Notes: generated by a model from the letters alone, not told the origin. Counted from the stretch's first letter, positions 1 to 9,428 are shown. The stretch is DNA of 42,890 nucleotides from an uncultured Oleiharenicola sp. (GCA_964486705.1 CAZAOI010000001.1:1-42890), one strand, 5' to 3'. Program-made: numbers and translations.

Positions 1-24
1 CGAACGGGCAAGCAGGCTCCGACA
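1..24 (-). repeat. REP-like element, probably truncated by the window edge
   Basis: Reverse complement reads TGTCGGAGCCTGCTTGCCCGTTCG: GTCG tetranucleotide followed by GAGCCTGCTTGC, resembling GTAG/GTGG-type REPs. Confidence 0.4.
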
Positions 25-55
25 AAAACGAAAGGAAAGGGGCAGGGTGGGTTTG

Positions 56-92
56 ATCAAATGCCCCGGGGCTTGCTCCGGGGATCTTTACT
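56..92. repeat. GC-rich palindrome (IS200/IS605-end-like or REP-like hairpin; could also act as a terminator)
   Basis: CCCCGGGGC-TT-GCTCCGGGG stem at 64-83 with one G-T pair; minus strand reads GTAAAGATCCCCGGAGCAAGCCCCGGGGCATTTGA. Confidence 0.5.
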
Positions 93-101
93 GTCGGGGC
101 C

Positions 102-173
102 TCAGTCCAAGATCTGGCGGAGACGGTCGAGGTCGAGGACGTTGGTGAGGGATTCTTCCTGGACCACGACGGC
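102..173 (-). pseudogene. Diverged duplicate of the last 23 codons plus stop of the SNF2 helicase gene
   Basis: Translates AVVVQEESLTNVLDLDRLRQILD* versus AAVVQEESLTNVLDLDSLRQILS* at 1516-1587; 61/72 nt identical; perfect 24-nt core at 126-149 = 1540-1563. Confidence 0.9.
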
Positions 174-204
174 GGAGGTGATTTCCCGGATAAACCGCCA
201 GCGG

Positions 205-1356
205 TTACAGTTCGGTGCCTTCATTGAGTGCACGGAGGTATTCCTGATAGGCGAAGACCCGGTGGCGCTTCTGGCCGGTGATCTCGCGGACGAGGCCCAA
301 CTCCACCAGGAGACGGAGCGCCGAGTTGGCGGTCGGGGCGGTGAAGCCGAATTTCGCCACGAGCCGGGGAACAGTGATGACCGGATTTTTTTGCAGGATT
401 TCCTGCAGCTTGAGCGCGGACAGACCCTTGCGACCGAGGGCGTGCAACCGGGTCCGGTCTTGCTGAAAAAGCTGGATCAGCCGGCCGGCGGTGTCGGTGG
501 CCTGGTTGGCCGTTTCTTCCACGCCGCGCAGAAAAAAATCTAGCCAGGCCTCCCAGTCACCGTGGGTGCGAACCCGCTGGAGCAGGTCGTAGTAGGCGGA
601 ACGGTTTCGCTTCAGGTAAAGACTGAGGTAGAGCAATGGTTGCGCCAGAACACCATCGTGGCAGAGGAGCAGCGTGACGAGCAGTCGCCCCGTGCGTCCA
701 TTGCCATCAAGAAACGGGTGGATCGTCTCGAATTGGGCGTGGGCCAGACCCGCGCGCACCAGCGAAGGCACGGCTTCGTTATGCAGAAAGGTCTCCAGCG
801 CGCCCATGCATTCGATCACTTGGTCCGGCGGCGGCACGAACAGGGCGTTCCCCGGACGCGAGCCGCCGATCCAATTTTGCGAAGTACGGAACTCCCCCGG
901 CTGTTTCTCACTGCCGCGCCCTTTGGCCAGCAGCACGCCATGAACTTCGCGGAGCAGGCGGAGCGAGAGCGGGGAACCGTCCTTCAGCCGCTTGAGGCCA
1001 TGTTCCATCGCGGCGACGTAGTTGGAAACTTCCACCACATCATCCGACGGCACGCCAGTCGCAGCGTCGTTCTCAAACAAAAGCAGTTCGGACAGGGAGG
1101 ACTGAGTGCCTTCGATCTGCGACGAGAGCACGGCTTCCTTGCGCACATAGGAATAGAGAAAGAGCTGGGAATTCGGCAGCAGCCCGGTCACGCCAGCCAG
1201 CCGCCCCAAAGCGACCCCGGCGCTTTGATTCACACCCTGCAACGAATCACTCCACTGCAAAGCGGGTTCCGGCGGCAAAGGCTTCGGCACGAAGGCCGTG
1301 CAGCGTTCGCCAACAAAGGAAATAGGGGCCGGATAGCCGGTTGGACCGCGTTCCAT
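205..1356 (-). CDS. Fic family protein (N-terminal inhibitory motif, probable C-terminal winged HTH)
   Basis: Canonical Fic motif HPFLDGNGRTGR; (S/T)xxxE(G/N) inhibitory motif SSQIEG; C-terminal TANSALRLLVELGLVREITGQKR is wHTH-like. Confidence 0.95.
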   Translation of the reverse strand: MERGPTGYPAPISFVGERCTAFVPKPLPPEPALQWSDSLQGVNQSAGVALGRLAGVTGLLPNSQLFLYSYVRKEAVLSSQIEGTQSSLSELLLFENDAATGVPSDDVVEVSNYVAAMEHGLKRLKDGSPLSLRLLREVHGVLLAKGRGSEKQPGEFRTSQNWIGGSRPGNALFVPPPDQVIECMGALETFLHNEAVPSLVRAGLAHAQFETIHPFLDGNGRTGRLLVTLLLCHDGVLAQPLLYLSLYLKRNRSAYYDLLQRVRTHGDWEAWLDFFLRGVEETANQATDTAGRLIQLFQQDRTRLHALGRKGLSALKLQEILQKNPVITVPRLVAKFGFTAPTANSALRLLVELGLVREITGQKRHRVFAYQEYLRALNEGTEL

Positions 1357-1374
1357 GAGTAAGCTAAAGCAAGA

Positions 1375-1443
1375 ATCCTTAACTAAGAGAAGGCTTAATT
1401 AAGGATGCGCAATTATTTTTAATTAAGATAATTCTTAATCAAG
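1375..1443. promoter_or_regulatory. AT-rich fic promoter region with four CTTAATTAAG-like palindromes (putative operator array)
   Basis: CTTAACTAAG 1378-1387, CTTAATTAAG 1394-1403, TTTAATTAAG 1418-1427, CTTAATCAAG 1434-1443; start-to-start spacing 16/24/16 bp. Confidence 0.65.
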
Positions 1444-1478
1444 TGACCCGTGATCCCGGCCACAGGACACTTCAAGCC

Positions 1479-1504
1479 AGCGTGTTGGGACAACGCGCTC
1501 CACC
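1479..1504 (-). repeat. REP-like hairpin (GTGG type)
   Basis: Reverse complement GGTGG-AGCGCGTTG-TCC-CAACACGCT, 11 bp downstream of the SNF2 stop codon. Confidence 0.6.
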
Positions 1505-1515
1505 ACGGTCAATCC

Positions 1516-4500
1516 TCAGCTCAAAATCTGCCGGAGGCTGTCGAGGTCGAGGACGTTGGTGAGCGACTCTTCCTGCACGACGGCGGCGGCGAGCGCGGCT
1601 TTCTCGCGCTGGAGAACGCGGATCTTTTCCTCGACCGTGCCGCGGGCGAGCAGGCGGTAGGCAATCACTTGGTTGCGCTGGCCGATGCGGTGCGTCCGGT
1701 CGATCGCCTGCGCTTCCACGGCGGGATTCCACCACGGATCGTAAAGCACGACATAACTGGCGGCCGTGAGATTCAGGCCGGAGCCGGCGGCTTTCAGGGA
1801 GAGCAAAAACACCGGGATCGCCGGGTCGCTTTGGAAGCGATCCACCAAGGCCTGGCGGTTTTCCGTCTGGCCGGTGAGCATGAGGTGGGGGATTTCGCGC
1901 TGTACCAGTTCATCCCGGATCAGTTCCAGCATGGTGACGAATTGCGAGAACACCAAAACCTTGTGGCCTTCGGCAACGAGCGGTTCGAGGGTCTCGATCA
2001 GGGCGTCGAGCTTGGCGCTGGAGGGCGCGTGGCTGGCCGGGTGGCCGCCGGCGATCAGGCGCGGGTCGCAACAAATCTGGCGAAGCCGGAGGAGGGATTG
2101 GAGAAGAATGAAGCGTTGCGCGTCGAAATCGCGGGCGCCATGCACGCCGAGCAGGATTTGGCGGGCCCGTTTCAGCTCGGCGTCGTAGAGGGTGCGTTGC
2201 GGCCCTTCGAGTTCGACGATGATATCTTCCTCGATGCGCGGCGGCAGGTCGCGGGCGACCTGGGACTTGGCGCGGCGCAGGAGGAAGTGTCGCACGCGCG
2301 CGGCGAGCCGGCTGTGTGCACTGGCGGGGTCGTCCTTGTCGGCGTAGAGGCGCTTAAACGCCGTCTGCGTGCCGAGCAGGCCGGGCATGGCAAACGCAAA
2401 GAGACTCCAGAGATCGAGGAGCCGGTTTTCCACCGGTGTACCGGTGAGCACGAGCCGGTGGGTCGAACGCAAGGCGCGGGCGGCGTGGGCCGTGGCGCTG
2501 CCCGGGTTCTTGATATTCTGGCCCTCGTCGAGGATGACGGCGTCCCACGGCGTAGCGGCAAACGCATCCGCGTTCAGCCGGAGCTGGGCGTAGTTGGCGA
2601 TCACGATCAGCGGCGCGGGGTTTGACTCGCGCGGGCGGGGCCCCGAAGGGTCGAACAGGGCCGTGCGCAGGGTCGGCGCGAACCGGGCGACTTCGAGCGG
2701 CCAGTTCGTCGTCACCGACTTCGGGCAGACGACGAGGGCGCGAAATGGCCGGTGGGGCGGGGCGCTGATGTTCGGATTGCGGCCATCAGCGTTATCGCGC
2801 TCGGAGAGCCAGACCAGCCAGACGAGCGCCTGGAGCGTTTTCCCCAGCCCCATGTCGTCGGCGAGGACCCCCCCGAAACCGTAGGACGATAGCCAGGCGA
2901 GAAACTCGAACCCTTCACGCTGGTACGGGCGCAAGGAGGCGGTGATGCTGGCGGGGACGGCAGGCGGTGGCTGGGCGCGCAATTCAACGGCGCGGTGGCG
3001 AAGCTGCTCCCAGGCATGGGCGGAAAAAACTTCGCGCAGGCTCTCGTCGCTGGCGAGCTGCAGGGCGTGGAAGCGGTGGTGTTCGCCGATCGTCGGAGTT
3101 TCTGCGAGGCCGAGGGAGATGAGGCGCGCTTGCTGCGTTTCGTCCGTTCCGAGTTTGAGCCGCCGCCAGCCTTTGCCGGCCAGCCGGACGAATCCGCCCC
3201 GGGCGGCGAGCAGGAGGGCAATTTCCTCCTTGGTGAGCGTGGTGTCAGCCGCGCGGGCGATCAGGCGGACGTCGAACCAATCGTGGGCCTGGCCGTCGGG
3301 TTCGATCTCGAGGGCAAAGGTGGCGAGATCGGGCGGGCGCACCAGGCCGGCGAGTTCGGGTGTGGCGTCGATCACGGTATCGGTGGGGAGGGTGGAGATC
3401 CATTCAGCGAGATCGTCGGCAAAAGTATCGGTGATCGCCCGCTGCCAGCAGGGTTGCGGTTCATGCTTGGCGGCCCACTGCAGACTGAAGCGCAGGAAGG
3501 GGCCGACAGCGGCTTGGGCCGGGGCTCGGTCGTGGACGACGAGGGTTTCACTGTCGGTCGCGGGCGCGGGCGCGGAGGAAAGTTCGCGCCAGCCGAGGGG
3601 CGTGTAGCGTTCGAGGCGGGTGCCGCCGGCGGTGACCGTGGTGAGCTCGACACAAAGCAGTTCCTGGGATTCGGCCTCGTCATAGTCCCCGACCGCGCCA
3701 GGCAGCAGTTCGAGGGAGAGGCGCAGGTGGGGGCGCAGGTGTTCTTCCCGCACCGGTCGTTGAAAATCGGCCGGTAGCCGCGTGCCGGAACGCTGGAAGA
3801 AATTCATCGCCGCCGGCAGGGCCAGCAGCGTCCGCGGGAGCAGCACCGGGACGGCGGGATTGACCGGATCAGCGTCGATCGGGGTGGGCTTTTTTTCCGT
3901 CAGCGGCAGCGGTCCGCGATAAAAGGTGGCGCCTTGCAGGTAGAGCGGGGCCGGCTGGCCCTCGAGGAGAATCAGGGAATTGGGCGCCGGCGAACCGTCG
4001 GTCTGCGTGAGTACCGCCTCGAGGGTTTCGGCGTCACCGGTCCGGGCGCGCAGGGTCCAGACCAGCGGCGTCGGGGCGAGGGCCAGCGCCTCCCGACTTG
4101 GCCCGACGAGGCAGCGGCGCGCGATGGGATCGGTGAGGGCGGCGTGCAGGGCGGTGCGAAACTCGGGGGCTTTCGGAGCCGGTTGGGCGGAACCGTGTTG
4201 AAAAACCGCGTCGCGAAACGCGAGCGCTAGTCGCAGCGCGGGCTCGTCGAACAGCAGGGTGAGCGAACGGGAGTCGCTCAGCCATTGGCGGAGGGTTTCG
4301 GGATGGAGTTCCTCCCAGACGCCTTCGCTCGTGACCCGCGTTTCCCAGCGCCAAGAGCGATCGTTCAGGCGGAGGCGCAGTTCGTGGCGGGAGAGGTGCG
4401 GCAACGAATCGGCCGCGGTGGCGGCCGGCAGGGCCGACTGGAGTTGTTCAAAATGGCGGGTCCAGGTGCGCAAGGCGAGGACGCCTTCGCAGGCGGCGAT

Positions 4501-5199
4501 CCGGGCTTTGGCGGCGGGCAGGTCGGTGAGGGGCAGTAGAAATTCCGGCAGCGGCAGCTGGCGGCGCCCCAAAGCGACCGCGAGGTAAGGCCAGAGCTCC
4601 AGCGGCGTGGCGGGCGGCTGGTCGCGTTCCCACCAGCCCTCGCACCAGGGTTGTTCATTGTAGCCGTAGGCAAAATGCCGGTGCGACGGCGGCAGCAGCC
4701 AACTGATGGCGTACGGATCGAGCTGGCCGCCTTGCAGCAATAGGGCGTGAGCCTCGGCCAGCCGGCGGAGCCAGTTTTGCTCGGTGCGTTTGAGCGGGCG
4801 GCCGATTTTCTCCGCGACGTGGGCTGCGAGGGAATCACTGGTCGCCGGCGGGGTGGGTGCGGTCGAACCTTCCCCCGGCGCGTCGCGCAGCCGGTCGAGC
4901 AGGGCGAGCCCGGCGGCATAGGCATGTTTGCAATGGATCTCGATGGAGCACGTGCAAACGGACGCCCACCCGTGGGCGGCGTCATGATCAAAGCGAACCG
5001 AATAAAGTTCAGTTCCCTGGACCTTGGCCAGCGCCCGCGTGCCGGTGATGCGCAGGGCGCGGACCCGCCCTTCCCGTTGGTAGATCTTACCCCGTTGTCT
5101 GGAGTTGGTGGGAAACGTGCCGAGCCAAGCGGTCAATTCGTCGGCATGGCGGGCCAGGGCACTGTCGGCAGAGGGGGAATGATGGCTGGAATCAGGCAA
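1516..5199 (-). CDS. SWIM zinc finger / SNF2-family helicase-like ATPase
   Basis: SWIM CTCSIEIHCKH; Walker A LADDMGLGKT; DEGQ box; LTGTPVEN; motif VI QAIDRTHRIGQ. Confidence 0.93.
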   Translation of the reverse strand: MPDSSHHSPSADSALARHADELTAWLGTFPTNSRQRGKIYQREGRVRALRITGTRALAKVQGTELYSVRFDHDAAHGWASVCTCSIEIHCKHAYAAGLALLDRLRDAPGEGSTAPTPPATSDSLAAHVAEKIGRPLKRTEQNWLRRLAEAHALLLQGGQLDPYAISWLLPPSHRHFAYGYNEQPWCEGWWERDQPPATPLELWPYLAVALGRRQLPLPEFLLPLTDLPAAKARIAACEGVLALRTWTRHFEQLQSALPAATAADSLPHLSRHELRLRLNDRSWRWETRVTSEGVWEELHPETLRQWLSDSRSLTLLFDEPALRLALAFRDAVFQHGSAQPAPKAPEFRTALHAALTDPIARRCLVGPSREALALAPTPLVWTLRARTGDAETLEAVLTQTDGSPAPNSLILLEGQPAPLYLQGATFYRGPLPLTEKKPTPIDADPVNPAVPVLLPRTLLALPAAMNFFQRSGTRLPADFQRPVREEHLRPHLRLSLELLPGAVGDYDEAESQELLCVELTTVTAGGTRLERYTPLGWRELSSAPAPATDSETLVVHDRAPAQAAVGPFLRFSLQWAAKHEPQPCWQRAITDTFADDLAEWISTLPTDTVIDATPELAGLVRPPDLATFALEIEPDGQAHDWFDVRLIARAADTTLTKEEIALLLAARGGFVRLAGKGWRRLKLGTDETQQARLISLGLAETPTIGEHHRFHALQLASDESLREVFSAHAWEQLRHRAVELRAQPPPAVPASITASLRPYQREGFEFLAWLSSYGFGGVLADDMGLGKTLQALVWLVWLSERDNADGRNPNISAPPHRPFRALVVCPKSVTTNWPLEVARFAPTLRTALFDPSGPRPRESNPAPLIVIANYAQLRLNADAFAATPWDAVILDEGQNIKNPGSATAHAARALRSTHRLVLTGTPVENRLLDLWSLFAFAMPGLLGTQTAFKRLYADKDDPASAHSRLAARVRHFLLRRAKSQVARDLPPRIEEDIIVELEGPQRTLYDAELKRARQILLGVHGARDFDAQRFILLQSLLRLRQICCDPRLIAGGHPASHAPSSAKLDALIETLEPLVAEGHKVLVFSQFVTMLELIRDELVQREIPHLMLTGQTENRQALVDRFQSDPAIPVFLLSLKAAGSGLNLTAASYVVLYDPWWNPAVEAQAIDRTHRIGQRNQVIAYRLLARGTVEEKIRVLQREKAALAAAVVQEESLTNVLDLDSLRQILS

Positions 5200-5364
5200 G
5201 GGAGGTGAACGCTAACATGGAACCGGCAAAGAGCGAGACTGGCGTGCGGTGGAGCCGAACGATTCGCGCCCGGCCTTGGAGCCCGGACTCTGGCGGGCTT
5301 CGGAAACAGAGAGAAGAACGAGCCCAGAGAACCCGTTCCACGCCTAAGGCCCAAATAGTGCAGG

Positions 5365-6891
5365 TCAATACACCTGCTCGTCCAGCAGCGCGAACAACTC
5401 GGCCTCGGTGATGCGTTTCTGCTGCATCGTGTCGCGCTCGCGCAGCGTGAAGGTGTCGCCGGGCTTTTCGATCGTGTCGAAGTCGATCGTCACGCACCAA
5501 GGCGTGCCGGCCTCATCCTGGCGACGATAGCGTTTGCCGATGGCGCCGCCGTCGTCGTATTGCACGGCGTACTTGCGCTTGAGTTTCGTGTGCAGGTCCT
5601 TCGCCCGGGCGACGAGCAGCTCCTTGTTCTTGATCAGCGGCAGCACGGCGACTTTCACCGGCGCGATGCGCGGCGAAAGCCGCAGCACGGTGCGCTGCTC
5701 CGTGTTGCCCTTCTCGTCGGTGACATCCTCCACCGCGTAGGCGGCGCAGAGCACGGCGAGCAGAATGCGGTCGACGCCGACGGCGGGCTCGATCACATGC
5801 GGGACGAATTTCTTCTTGGTCGTCTCGTCAAAAATCTCCTGCGGCTTGCCGCTGGCGTTGGCATGCTGCGTGAGGTCGTAACTGCCGCGCGCGGCGATCC
5901 CCCAGAGCTCCTGCACGCCGAAGGGATACTTGAACATGATATCCACCGTGCCACGGGAGTAGAACGCGAGTTTCTCCTTCGGATGGGTGAAGCGCGAGAG
6001 GTGGCTGGCGGGCAGGCCGATGCTCTTCAGCCAGGCCTCGCACCAGACGATCCATTCCTCGTGGACCTTGGCCCAGTCGGCGTCCTCGTGGATGAAATAC
6101 TCCATCTCCATCTGCTCGAACTCGCGGGAGCGGAAGATGAAGTTGCGCGGCGTGATCTCGTTGCGGAACGACTTGCCGATTTGCGCGATGCCAAAAGGCA
6201 GTTTGACGCGGGTCGTGTCCACGACGTTCTTGAAGTCGACGAACATGCCCTGCGCCGTCTCCGGCCGGAGGTAGGCGACCGATGAGGCGTCGCTCATCGC
6301 GCCGACGTTTGTCTGGAACATCATGTTGAACGAGCGCGGCGGCGTCAGACTGCCGGCTTCGCCGGTGGCGGGGGAGGGAATGAGCGGAATCTCGTCCTCC
6401 TTCGCCTCGGTGAAGTCGCGCGGCTGGACGGGGGCGAGCGCGCCCACGAGGGCCTTCTTGCGCTTGAACAACTCGGCGGCGGCCTGCAATTCCTCGGTGG
6501 TTTTCTCGCTTTCGAGGGCGGAGACGTAGCCGACCGTTTTGCCGTCGACGACGATGGGCGCGAAAAACAGCTGGTCCGCGCGGTAGCGCTGCTTGCTCAC
6601 CTTGCAATCGACGAGGGGATCCGTGAAGCCGGCGACGTGACCGGATGCCTCCCAGACCTTCGGGTGCATGATGATGGAGGACTCGAGGCCGACGATGTCG
6701 TCGCGGCGGCGGACCATGTCGTTCCACCAGCAATCGCGGATGTTTTTCTTGAGCTCGGAGCCGAGCGGGCCGTAGTCGAAGAAGCCGTTGAGGCCACCGT
6801 AGATTTCGGAGGACGGATAGATGAATCCGCGGCGCTTGGCGAGCGACACGATGGCTTCCATAAGGTTGGCGGGTTCGGCGGAGGTGGACAT
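5365..6891 (-). CDS. glyQS: Glycine--tRNA ligase (alpha2 homodimeric type)
   Basis: [50 protein letters not shown] motifs; start set at ATG 6891. Confidence 0.96.
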   Translation of the reverse strand: MSTSAEPANLMEAIVSLAKRRGFIYPSSEIYGGLNGFFDYGPLGSELKKNIRDCWWNDMVRRRDDIVGLESSIIMHPKVWEASGHVAGFTDPLVDCKVSKQRYRADQLFFAPIVVDGKTVGYVSALESEKTTEELQAAAELFKRKKALVGALAPVQPRDFTEAKEDEIPLIPSPATGEAGSLTPPRSFNMMFQTNVGAMSDASSVAYLRPETAQGMFVDFKNVVDTTRVKLPFGIAQIGKSFRNEITPRNFIFRSREFEQMEMEYFIHEDADWAKVHEEWIVWCEAWLKSIGLPASHLSRFTHPKEKLAFYSRGTVDIMFKYPFGVQELWGIAARGSYDLTQHANASGKPQEIFDETTKKKFVPHVIEPAVGVDRILLAVLCAAYAVEDVTDEKGNTEQRTVLRLSPRIAPVKVAVLPLIKNKELLVARAKDLHTKLKRKYAVQYDDGGAIGKRYRRQDEAGTPWCVTIDFDTIEKPGDTFTLRERDTMQQKRITEAELFALLDEQVY

Positions 6892-7075
6892 GGTGGAAAG
6901 GGAGTTGGATGTTAGGCGATAGGCGGGAGAAGCGCCGGCGGCAAGCACCGAGCCGAATCAGGCAGTCAACGCCCGGAAAGGAGGCCGTCAATGCCGCGTT
7001 GCGCGATGCCCGGCGGGCGGGTCGCGGAGGTTTTGGTTGTCAGGGTGGCGGGCTCCGACCAACGTGCTGTCTCCC

Positions 7076-7813
7076 ATGAATACCCGCTCCTTCCGGCTGC
7101 TCGCCACGATCTTCACCCTTTTTCTCGGTTTGATTCGGCCGGCCGCCGCCGCCGATCCGGCCACCAGCTCCAAGCCGGGCTATACGGTGATCTTGGACCT
7201 CAAAGTGGACGAAAACGGGGTGCCGGAGGACGCGAAGATTTTCCATTCGGACGACACAACCATCGACCATATTTTGGACCGGACGGCTATGGCGAAGGCC
7301 CGGGCCCTGAAACTGGCGCCGCGGCTGAAGGAAGGAGTGGCGGTCAAATACAGCGTCCGGGCCCCGTTTGTTTTTCCAGTGGAAGGTGACGAAGGCCCGG
7401 AAAGCAATAACCTGATCTCGCGGCCGAAGATTCTCCAAGCCGCCCAACCGGTTTATCCCGCCGCGCTCGCGACCGCAGGCGAATGCGGGAGCGCGATCCT
7501 GGAGGTGGTGATTGATTCCGCGGGCCGCATTTCGTCCGTGAAGGAGCTTCGCAGCACGCACCCGGCCTTTGCGCAGGCGGCGACTGACGCGGTGCGCCAA
7601 TGGACGCTGACTCCGGCCCAGCAGCAGGGCAAACCGGTGGAGTCACGCTGGCGGCTTTCGCTTTGTTTTGAAACCGATGTGCGCACGAATGATTGGGTGT
7701 GGCGTGTGGCCCCCCGGCCCAGCCTTGGCAACTACACGGTGATCCACCAGACCCAGCCCCTGACCGCGCCGGCGGCGCAAGTTAAGCCCCCCGGCGCGCC
7801 GGAAGGTCAATAA
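7076..7813 (+). CDS. TonB family protein with signal peptide and two TonB C-terminal-like domains
   Basis: Signal peptide MNTRSFRLLATIFTLFLGLIRPAAA; QPVYP...G...LEVVIDSAGRI...FAQAATDAVRQW pattern. Confidence 0.8.
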   Translation: MNTRSFRLLATIFTLFLGLIRPAAAADPATSSKPGYTVILDLKVDENGVPEDAKIFHSDDTTIDHILDRTAMAKARALKLAPRLKEGVAVKYSVRAPFVFPVEGDEGPESNNLISRPKILQAAQPVYPAALATAGECGSAILEVVIDSAGRISSVKELRSTHPAFAQAATDAVRQWTLTPAQQQGKPVESRWRLSLCFETDVRTNDWVWRVAPRPSLGNYTVIHQTQPLTAPAAQVKPPGAPEGQ

Positions 7814-7864
7814 GCCCCAACTTCCTTCTTGCGGGCCGGGCGCGACGGGCAACGGTGGGCGGTG

Positions 7865-8329
7865 ATGAAAGTCTCGTTCACCGCTAAGGAATACCGGCAG
7901 TTGCTCGAGCTCGTGCACCTCGGGATGTGGGCCGTCACCGGTTATCAGGGCGAGGATACCGCCCCCGCCAAGCGTTATCTGGCCTTTGACCAAAAACTAC
8001 TCGGAAATGCGGCCGAGATGGGGTGCGCCGATTTTGTGGAGTTGCGGGACGATGGCACCTGGCAACCGGCGCCAAAACTGTCCGAGGACGAGCGCGTGCG
8101 CGAAATCCAGAGCGAATTTCAGAACGATGTCTTCTGGCACGAAATGGTCGCCCGCCTGGCCGACCGCGATCTGGAGGGGGAACAGGCCAAACGGACGATG
8201 GATACGCCGGGCGTAGAGCCGCCGCTGTCCTCCGACGAGCGCGTAAAGAAAATCGAGGAGCGTTATTGGGCGGAGTTCGAAAAAAACGACCTCGCCAACG
8301 TCGTCCTCCTCCGCGGCGGGCGGGGATGA
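7865..8329 (+). CDS. Conserved hypothetical acidic helical protein
   Basis: Well-formed ORF with host-like codon bias, MKVSFTAKEYRQLLELVHLG...; no motif recognised. Confidence 0.75.
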   Translation: MKVSFTAKEYRQLLELVHLGMWAVTGYQGEDTAPAKRYLAFDQKLLGNAAEMGCADFVELRDDGTWQPAPKLSEDERVREIQSEFQNDVFWHEMVARLADRDLEGEQAKRTMDTPGVEPPLSSDERVKKIEERYWAEFEKNDLANVVLLRGGRG

Positions 8330-8352
8330 GTGCGGGCGGTTGGGGTATTGCC

Positions 8353-8667
8353 TGGGGGAGCGAGCTTGCTCGCGACACCGCACGCGCGGGGAGAAGCCCA
8401 TTCACAAACCAGCGGGCTGAGGTTAACCCGCGCCACCCGCAAAGGCATGATCCTAGAAAACTCTATTGGCACGCGGAGAACACGAAGAACGCAGAGGAAA
8501 AACGAGGTTGGTCGCTTTTTTGAGAATATCACCTGCTGGGTGAATGTTTCTTGGCTTTCGTTTGTGATCCAACTTTCTGTTTTTCTGTTTTTTGCGCTTT
8601 TTGTGGCCAATCCTCCTGCGGAATAAAGCATGATCCCAGCTGAATCGCGAGCCAGCTCGCTCCCACA
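8353..8667. repeat. Inverted pair of REP elements enclosing additional periodic repeat arms
   Basis: TGGGGGAGCGAGCTTGCTCGCGA (8353-8375) versus the reverse complement of 8645-8667, TGTGGGAGCGAGCTGGCTCGCGA: 21/23 identical; inner arms at about 8465-8498 and 8575-8611. Confidence 0.8.
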
Positions 8668-8820
8668 AATTCAAAGGGCTGGCAGGGGCAACGGGCCCAC
8701 CCGTTTTTGGCTTCCGGTTCTGGCCTGCTCGCCAACCGGGATCAGTCGCGCAGCCTTCGCTGCGGCCGAGCAACCAACCCGGTGTTTTCCTCGGTTCCCG
8801 CTGCGCAATATCGCGGTCTA

Positions 8821-9303
8821 TCAGTATCCAATCCCCAACTTTTTATAGATGAAATGCATCAGCCAGGCCGGGCCGATGAGCAGAAAGACGACATCTTTGA
8901 AGAAACTCGGTTTCTTGCCCTCGATTTTGTGGCCGATGAACTGGCCGATCCACGCCAAGGTAAAAAGAAGCAGGCTGCTTTTCCAGATGGGGAAAGGGCA
9001 ATAGATCGCCTGCATTTCAAGCCCGATGCAGCATATCGCGATGAAGCCGAGCAGACCGAACGCGAGCGTCACCGACAGGCGGAAATAGAAGGCCAGCACG
9101 GCGAGGAGGAGAGGATGCAGCCACTTGAACCAGGGGAGGATGTTGCTGATAAACTCCGGCACCGGGGCTGTCCGGAGCAGTCCCAGCACGCTGAAAAAAA
9201 TTATCGGGACACAAATCCAATGAATGGTCTCGTTGGTGCCATCCTGATGACTCTCGCCATACTCGGCGAACCACTGGTCAGCGGATTTGCGGGGGGAACT
9301 CAT
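8821..9303 (-). CDS. DUF962 / Mpo1-like membrane protein
   Basis: FAEYGESHQDGTNETIHWICVP and AWIGQFIGHKIEGKKPSFFKD...LLIGPAW signatures. Confidence 0.88.
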   Translation of the reverse strand: MSSPRKSADQWFAEYGESHQDGTNETIHWICVPIIFFSVLGLLRTAPVPEFISNILPWFKWLHPLLLAVLAFYFRLSVTLAFGLLGFIAICCIGLEMQAIYCPFPIWKSSLLLFTLAWIGQFIGHKIEGKKPSFFKDVVFLLIGPAWLMHFIYKKLGIGY

Positions 9304-9428
9304 GGGCGGGTCCCAAAGAGAATTGCAGTGGCGTGCCCCGACAGGCAAGCTTTCCGGTTGGGAGCAGTCGGGGTAGTTTATCGAAAGAGAAGTTTGCGGT
9401 CTCGGGGCTCCTCTTCATACTGCCTCTT

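Noticed and set aside
1450-2625. 391-aa plus-strand ORF, and similar long antisense ORFs (e.g. 562-1362, 5828-6991 in a shifted frame, 14518-15714, 24629-26464, 34581-35723)
   Set aside because: They overlap well-supported genes and lack motifs; such shadow ORFs are expected in GC-rich DNA
205-5199. Fic plus SNF2 as a dedicated two-gene anti-phage system
   Set aside because: SWIM-SNF2 proteins are common stand-alone genes, fic has its own promoter region, and the duplicated gene end explains the adjacency as an insertion; no other defence genes are in view
8330-8626. 98-aa ORF in the repeat region
   Set aside because: It is a translation of repeat units (GASLLAT, TRRTRRTQR, FLFFALFVA) with atypical composition; not credible as a gene
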